NCBI GenBank assembly: GCA_964016885.1
Contig: OZ024740.1
Coordinates: 90,210,001-90,274,000 of the forward strand
Origin: Eledone cirrhosa
Taxonomy: Eukaryota
Reading direction: 5' to 3'
DNA: 64,000 nucleotides
The notes beneath the pieces were generated by a model, which did not search any database, was not told where the DNA came from, and saw nothing but the letters and a program-made list of their open reading frames with translations. The position numbers and the translations under genes were made by a program. Positions 55,349-64,000 of the stretch are shown here, in pieces. Numbering within the stretch: position 1 is the first letter of the stretch; the number at the start of each line of letters is the position of its first letter.

Positions 55349-57247
55349 GTATATTACCTTTGAAATGTCGAAGGCCACATGGCATTGGCGTGAAAAACTA
55401 GAGTAGTGATATTATTATTGAAAATCGCTTAAAATAATTCTAAAGAGAGAAAATATATGGCTAGGACCTTCGAATTGTCGATGCTGATCTCTTATTTTCT
55501 ATCCCTAAGGTGATATTAACCGATTTAATAAACTTATATTTGAAGCGAATTTGGGTTTGTTTTTCAATATTTCAAATTTAACATCTTCTAAACTCCACGA
55601 TAAACGAATGATTTGATTAATCACTGATGTATCTCAAAACTGCGAATCTTCTATATAGATATTTATATCGATGTTTGACGAATAAATTCACAGAGAGAGT
55701 GGGAATAAACGGTTTATATTGCATAATTATGAAACAGTTGGATTTAAGTTAACTTACAAAAGTATCCATGAATAGCACTATTTATATGGATTATATATAT
55801 ATTTTTAATATGTATTGTTTATGTATAACTACAATTGTTAGATTATGATATATTTTGCTAGGTAAACGATTGTATACACTGTCTTGTATAAATGTAATTA
55901 AGCAATTTAGCCGCTTCGACGGCAGCAAAATTAAAATTATTGAAACGGTTCTGTTTATTTAAAAAAAAGTTTTGGTTTGTGTATGATATAGATACATGTA
56001 AGCCATTTAGCTATCCTTAGACAGTAAATGAGGATATGTATTCCCTGAGTAATTTTCTGGTTGAACAGGAAAATAGTTTAATCCGTGTATTGGTGTGTCA
56101 AGAAAGATTTATAAATATTATTGTGTTTAAGTGTAACTACACTGAGAACCGAAATTTATTATTACATCGAAATGAAAATTAATGTTAACTGATAAGAAAT
56201 ATTTCCATATATGGTGTGTTTTTTATAACTAATTTCCTTGAATGTATAACAAATTGTTTGAACAACATCATTTTAATTATTACCTGATAACCGCAGCTCT
56301 ACGTGTGGATACATATGGTCCTATTTCAGACACACTTGTTATATGCCATGGCGTATTACTCTTTGGCAGGTTATGCGTAGTAACACTTATTGTGGATATT
56401 ATGTTATATTGCACTATAATCTTTGCTGACAGTGTTATATTATTTGTGTATACATTGATGCCCATCATTTGTGTACTGTATCATTGTAAACGAATATAGA
56501 GGAAAACATGTATATGCCTGTTAAGTTTATTATTGTTGTATTAATTTTATATTTGATACACTGTATCAAATAAGTAACCATCCAATGTTAAGATTGTGAA
56601 ATCGTATGAAATAGATTTGTAATACTTGGTTGTAATTTTATTAGTGAAATCTATATTTAAAAGCATAGATGAACACAATATATAAAGAAAAGAAAATGAA
56701 TATTAGTCTAAACACTGCAGAAATAAATGTGGCAATGTAGTTCAGTAGAAAATATATTACATCTCTAGATTTTGAACATTCCATTTTGAGAAATAATTTG
56801 TTTGTCAGATGTATTCAGAAATCTCAGCTTACATTAAATTAACTATGCGTATTTTGTAATAAATATACAGAATATAATTCTAAAGAAATTGTATTGCAAT
56901 GTATTATCGCGGTGCATATAGATAACTACTTATTACCTTGTAGTTATATCACAGTGAGACAGTGAGCGAACGTCCTTACAATCGAAATAATTCATTCAAC
57001 GTACTGTGTAAAAAGTAAGCGTACACTCAACAATACTATCCATATCTTCCATGCGACGTTTACTATATATATATATAAATATAAAAATATATATATATGT
57101 TTCCCTGTTTTACTGATAGCGCACTGTATATCTCTCTCTAGTGTGTTACCTTTTCAACATATTGTATTTTAAAGAGCTCAGGATTTATTCTCCTTTGAGC
57201 ACATTATTTACAGGAAATGGCGAGAGTCTATGGCTCCGTTAATTTAT

Positions 57248-57297
<50 letters not shown>

Positions 57298-57301
<4 letters not shown>

Positions 57302-57982
57302 TAGAATTGGTGCTCTGAAATAGCGATATATATATGAATGTATATATAGTGTATTTTGCAATACACTGTATGTTTAATTAAAAGCATTTCGAAGACCTTA
57401 CGCTATTGTTTTAGAGTACTGACAGTCTCACTTACTTTAAATTTCCAGCAATCGAAGAGAGATAAAGGCTGACAGAGCTGTGTATAGTACTTGTTGGTAC
57501 TTATCAAAGCTAAGTACTCCACCTGTTTGCTGAAAATCATGAATGTTTGATTCTTATAGAATTCTAGTAATAATCAGGAACTGATTATACAGAGCGGTTG
57601 CTGGTCAAGCAGAAATTGAAAATTAGAATTGGTGCTCTGAAATAGCGATTTATATATGAATGTATATATAGTGTATTTTGCAATACACCGTATGCTTCAT
57701 TAAAAGCATTTCGAAGACCTTACGCTGTTGTTTTAGAGCACGGACAGTCTCACTTACTTTAAATTTTCAGCAATCAAGGGGAGATAAAGCTGACAGAGCA
57801 CTGTTTCGTACTTTTTGGTGCTTATCAAAGCTAAGTACTCTACCTGTTTGCTGAAAATCATGAACAGGTGGAGTACTTAGGTTTGATAAGTACCAACAAA
57901 TACGAAACATAGCTCTTTCAGCTTTATCTCCCCTTATTTGCTGAAAATATAAAGTAAGTGAGACTGTCACTACTCTAAAATA
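57298..57982. repeat. Direct tandem (about 245 bp, twice) followed by an inverted partial copy
   Basis: 57298-57543 is similar to 57620-57864; 57863-57982 is the reverse complement of about 57730-57848. Confidence 0.85.
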
Positions 57983-58670
57983 CATCCAACAGTGTACACA
58001 TGCATCCAAGGGCGATTATATACACATGAAGATGTATTTGAACATGGACATTGATTTTCTAAATTAGCTCAAAGTGGTGAAATCAGGTAGTTGGGATTCT
58101 TCTACACAAGTGACAGAAGCTTTAATTTTTAGAGAAGTAACTAGGCCGCGCAAAGAACAATTTTAAAAGAAATGTAGTTAACAATTGCAGTGATGGAATA
58201 GATAATATAATTACTATTTAAATGGACCAAAACAAAAAATTAGGTAATAAATGATAACAAATAAAAGCGTATAGTACAAAGAAATATAGGTGTGGTCAAT
58301 TAGCCGGTGCCAAATTGAATAATATCTAGTAGTATAAATGTATTATAATTACTCTGGTTCTGATATTACTACGTATACGATTACTTTTGATTCATATACC
58401 CACGTTACATTATACTTCTTGGTTAGTGGCGGTGATAATATATCATACATTTGTAGGTAGAATAGATAATTGCTACTTATTTATGCACTTTAAGGCCCTA
58501 TTCCATGTTCTTAGGTGCTTAATTATGCTGCTAGGGTTTGGGGTTATCCATACACAAATAGGTAAAGGCCTTTCTGAATTTGAGTGTTAGAATATGTTTA
58601 AATGCCAATCACATTCAGACAATGCTGAGTTAGGGGCCTCTTTGGGGAATTGTTTATGAGGCTGAATGGT

Positions 58671-58869
<199 letters not shown>

Positions 58870-58914
58870 CAATAATAATAGTAATAATAGTAATAATAAT
58901 AATAACAATAATAA

Positions 58915-60707
58915 TATACCATTAAGTAAAATGCTCAATGAAACAAAACATGGATATAAAGTCTATGACAAAACCATTAATCACTTGTTCTACATGGATG
59001 ACCTGAAACTATTTGCAAAAAATGATGAAAAATTGCAAGGGCTATTATCCACTGTGGAGCAGTTCAGTGATGACATTAAAATGGAGTTTGGACTAGATAA
59101 ATGCGCAAAGGCAACGTTCACCAGAGGAAAGCTGGTGAAGAGTTGAGACATTAATCTTGATCGGGGGAACGTGATAAGAGAAATTGATCAAGAAAAAACT
59201 TACAAATATCTAGGTGTTTGTGAAGGAGAAGGAATCAAGCACTCGACAATGAGGGAAAGGATAAGGAAGGAATGTTACCGCAGAGTAAGAGCAATCTTAA
59301 GAACGGAATTGAATGCAAGGAATAGGATCGATGCCAGAAACACGCTTGCCATACCAGTAGTAACCTACAGTTACGATGTCATCAACCGGTCAAGCACAGA
59401 GATCCGTAGGCTCGATACAAAAATTCGAAAATTCTTAACCATGCACAGAATGTATCACCCTAAGGCAGATATAGATAGAATATATCTCCCTAGGAAAGAA
59501 GGAGGGCGTGGGTTAATCGAGTTAGATATTGCGTTTAAAACTGCAACAATTGGATTATCTACATATCTAAGGGAATCACATGATTGGATGATCAAACTCG
59601 TTTTGAAACACGAAAGCATCAAAAGATCATATTCCATTACAAAAGATGCACAAAGATACAGTAATGGACTACAAATTTCAGAAGTCCCATTTACTGCTGA
59701 AATGGAAAACACAGAAAAAGCAAAGCAGGTAAAAGTAACTGCAAAGAAAGAACTGCTACAGAAACTGGCTAAGAAATGGCAAGAAAAGCCTCTGTATGGA
59801 AAATACCCAGAGCGAGCTAACAATCCTGATGTTGACAAAACTTTAACCCATCAGTGGTTGGCATCCTCTGGACTGAAATCGGAGACTGAAGGACTGATTA
59901 TATCAGCACAACATCAGTGTCTGCCAACAAAAAATTACCAAGCCAAAATAATAAAAAATGGATGCAGCCAATTATGCCGTGTATGCAAAAAACAACCAGA
60001 GACCATTGACCATATAATTTCAATGTGCTGTCCTATAGCTCCAGCCAAATACCTAAACAGACATGACAGAGCTGCACAATACATACATTGGATAATGTGT
60101 AAGCATTTTGACCTGCCCCATCAAAAGAATTGGTGGGAGCATCAACCACCTCCCATACTTGAAAAAGATCACATCTCAATCTTGTGGAACTTTAACATCC
60201 AAACAGACCGAAAAATAGATGCAAATAGACCTGATATAATATTGAAGGACTTTAAAAAGAGGGTATGCCTGCTAATTGATATGTCTGTTCCAATAGACAA
60301 GAATGTATGTATAAAAACATTTGAAAAATTGAGCAAGTATAAGGACCTGGAGATAGAAATTGGAAAAATGTGGAAATTGAGAACAAAAACAATATCAGTG
60401 GTTATAGGCGCTCTGGGAATGATACCTAAGGGGTCTAATGATTACTTATCGCAAATCCCAGGAAACCCGCGTATAGCAGAAATACAGAAGATAGTACTAA
60501 TGGGAACTGCCCATATACTAAGGAAGATTCTGTCAATATAAGTACATCAGAAGTCTAAACACTAAAGATGCATGTGTGAATATGTATGTTCTTTCTTGAA
60601 TCTGGTGGACCTTGTTCTCTCTTGAGGTCACTGGTTGTGACTTGGTGATAACTCGTATGAACATAAAGCAAGATAAATGCAACTGTAATAATGATAATTA
60701 TAATAAT
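58915..60707 (+). pseudogene. 5'-truncated R4/Dong-type LINE (RT C-half, CCHC, RLE) with one in-frame TGA at 59144-59146
   Basis: [61 protein letters not shown]; (AAT)n on both sides. Confidence 0.88.
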
Positions 60708-60708
60708 G

Positions 60709-63700
60709 CATTCTTTATTAACTACAAGGGTCTACATAAAGTAGACATTAAGGACAGTACAGGACAATACAGGGCGGTAAAATGGGCATTTCTGCGTGTA
60801 AAAAACAAGAAACAGAGGATGTAATAATAGAACAATGAAAACATTTCACAATAAGGGCGAGACTACCGAGGCAAATTTGTGGAGAAAGCCCATTAAAAAG
60901 CGACAGTGACCCTGATCACCAGGTCAAGTGCACTCTCCCAGTTTTCCACCTTTAATTTACAGACACATACTCAGAGTAGGCCTATTCACTCGGGCCATTC
61001 TTGCCTCTCTCACCCATCTTTCAACAAAATGCTGGGAAGAGAGTACTTCCCATTCTACCCTGATTTTCCTTTTTAAATGAAAATTGAAAAAGTTAATCAG
61101 GGCATCACTGAAGAGGTAAGTGCTCGTCTTCAGCCCTTTCAAACGTGTCCACCATACTATCTCTTTCGCCATGGCCATGAGACAGATAAAAACTGCCTGC
61201 CCTTCTCGGTAAAAGGAAGAGGGCGGGGCAATCCTCACGATGGATCCAGCTGATAGCTGGATCCGTCCTACACGCGACAGCAGGTGTTCGACATAAACCC
61301 ACAAGTCAGCAATGCTCGGACACTGGACGAGTGCGTGCAGGACGGTTTCGTCGCCCTGCGCGCATCTCGGACATGCCCGGCTGACGGCACCTCCATACCT
61401 GTATAGTTTATCCCGAACTGGCAAAGCTCCTCGGTAGCACTGCCAGGGCAGGGATTTTTGAAGTTGTCCACAGGCCCCGGCACCGAAAATTCTTCCGAAG
61501 AGATTGGTTAGTTGATTTTCGTCGACGCCTAGTGTTTCCCCAAGTACGTCGTCGCTCTTCCCCTCCACTAATCCTCTATAGAACGCAAATGTGGAGTTTT
61601 CACCGAACACATTTCCCGATATGTCCATGGCTGTGAACGCCTGAAGACATTCCAGTCTCCAAGCGTTCCCTCTCGGTCTTCGCTTGACCCAGTACTGCAG
61701 CTCCGTCAAGGAGACGAGCTGGGGAAAAACGTGTCTAGCAAACGGCGACCACACCTGATTACCGTCGAGGAAGAGGTTGAGATGTCGTAGCCTGAGCGCG
61801 TGTCTGCGCATCATCAGCCACGGTATTTCCAGTCCTCCATGTAACGGGTATTGACAGCAGATGGACTGCCTGACCATCGGAGCGCGTCCCTTCCACAGAA
61901 AGCGAAAGAGCAAACGCTCCAGCGCAGTCACCGGGGCTTAGGACAAGGTACGACGGTCAGGCGGTATTAGATGACGGACGCGATATACGCGTTAGCCACC
62001 TCCGCTCGACTTTTCAGGGATAGCTTCCTCTCGGCCCATTTCTGGGTGAGAGAAGCCCCCCTGCTCGTCACCTCGTCCCGGTGTTTGTCCGTCTGGAGAT
62101 CCGGACCGAACCAGACCCCGAGCAATTTAACTGGTCCGTACGTCCAGTGCCCGACGATGCTGTTGGACGGCATGGACCTGCCTCTCCAGTTGCTGAGCTG
62201 CAGGCCCACTGACTTTTCCTGGTTGATCATTGCTCCTGTCACCGCTTCGTATTCTCTTATTGTAGTGCCGATCGCCTCGATGTGTTTGGCGTTCCACACC
62301 CCTACGATGACATCGTCCGCATATGCTGACACGGATCTTGCGCATTCTAGTTCGCGCGGGACCCCCCTCAACGTCTCCAGTGTGTGCAGTAATGGCGCGA
62401 GAGTTAATATGTACAAGAGGGACGAGAAGGGACATCCTTGGCGGACCGAGCGCATGATGTTGAACGGTTCCGAAAGGTCACCGTTCACTTTCAACACAGA
62501 GCAGATGTCGCTGTGCATGGCAGCGATCCAGCCTCTGAAGACGGGCCCAAAACCAGCCGCCCTCAGGACAGCCTCTAGGTAACGATCGTCGACCCTATCG
62601 AAAGCTTTCGATTGATCTAAATTGATCAAAGACCCACCCGTGCCAGGTTCCATAGCTACCCTCCCTACGATGTATCGCATGAGGTGGAGGTTGTCGTGCA
62701 TGGATCTGTCGGGAATGGCGCATGTCTGCGCCTCTCCCACCAGACCATCAACGACAAGCGCCAACCTCTTTGCTAGCACCTTGGCCAAAATCTTGAACTC
62801 TATGTTTAGCAGAGTTATGGGCCTAAAATTATCTATGTTATCCCCCTTGTTCGGATCCTTTCTCAGCAGCGCCACAGCTCCTCGTCTCAGAGAGCACGGA
62901 ATTATCCCGTTCTGTTGCCAGTTGCAGTAGACGTCCACCAATCGGCATTCGAACAAGTCTGGCATCTGTACGTAAAGTTCATAGGGCAGCCCATCCAAAC
63001 CAGACGATTTACCCCTTGTGCAGCTAGTCATTGACTCCCGTACTTCAGCGGCTGTTATCGACTTTTCGCAACACTCCACCTCAGTGGCCGAGAGCCGCTG
63101 CAGTCCGTCGAGGTACACACTAAAGTCCATCCCTCGATCCGGCCCGCCGCTGCTTCCGAACAACTGAGCGAAGTGTCGCTGAAAAGCTTCACACATTTGC
63201 CCGGGATCGAGTCGCATGCGCCCGTCGTGGTCCACCAAAGACCGGATCGTGGCTTTGTTGCCACGACGCGTCTACGCCAATCGGGCCCATTGAACCGCTT
63301 TCGTCCCCTCGTGTCTGAGAGCACGCACCCTAGCTCTGACAACGCAGCCTCCGTGCTTTGCATTGAAAAATTGGTCAAGGGCCAATTTCGCCGCAAGTAC
63401 GTCGGTTGCGATGCCTTTGCTAAGCGCCTCGTCTAATGTTCTACTAATTCTCCCTCTGCTCTATTTTTCTCTATTGCTAAAGCCTTACTAAACCTAATGG
63501 ACTCTATTCTAATTGCTCTTTTCAGAGCAAACCACCACTTGTTGTTGACGGTGGCACACGTCAACGCCCGCCTAACTAGTTCGCTAATCCGGTCTCTGTA
63601 GGCCTTGCGCGCTGGTAAGGATGCGTTTAGCCTCCAGTAGCCGGGTCCTCGTCTATGAAGCCTATCTAAGTCAAGCCCACAGATCACGAATTTGTGGTGC

Positions 63701-63903
63701 GTATAGCTGACTATCCTGAATTGTGGACAGCCTATGCTAGACCTATCTATTTCTCTACAAACTACTCTATCTAGATATGATCTGGATGACCCTATGCGAT
63801 TTGTCCAAGTCCACATTGGCACATTCGGCAAATCAAATCGGTACCTGTCAGACATTTCAAAACGCCTGAGCTGGTTGGTGAGGCTCTTGCACCCTCCTCC
63901 CCT
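60709..63903 (-). mobile_element. Second Tx1/L1-clade copy, 5'-truncated, ORF2 broken
   Basis: High similarity to 1-2135. ORFs 63433..63855, 61967..63238 (YADD) and 60957..61931 (CPRC..HALVQC). AATAAA at 60714-60719 then an (ATT)n tail; 5' break at (TA)n. Confidence 0.92.
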
Positions 63904-63912
63904 ATGTATATA

Positions 63913-63983
<71 letters not shown>

Positions 63984-64000
63984 GTGTTTGTGTATATGTA

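Overview
AT-rich, microsatellite-saturated eukaryotic DNA with no recognisable host exon. The tRNA-derived SINEs and (TA)n/(CA)n load resemble octopod cephalopod genomes (inference). The window is a nested cluster of mobile elements: two Tx1/L1-clade LINEs (minus strand, at both ends), an almost intact R4/Dong-type RLE LINE plus two relics, RTE and CRE-like fragments, at least six Penelope-like element (PLE) relics, two SINE families, a mariner derivative and Helitron pieces. The most striking feature is absent from the ORF track: about ten recognisable type I hammerhead ribozyme motifs from several unrelated sequence families, plus decayed ones. Most lie in the arms of about eleven head-to-head fold-back elements (about 0.1-6 kb) next to (TA)n tracts, and the ribozyme-sense strand points outward in every case. 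One further pair forms a retrozyme-like direct tandem. All folds and alignments were done by eye, and boundaries are approximate.
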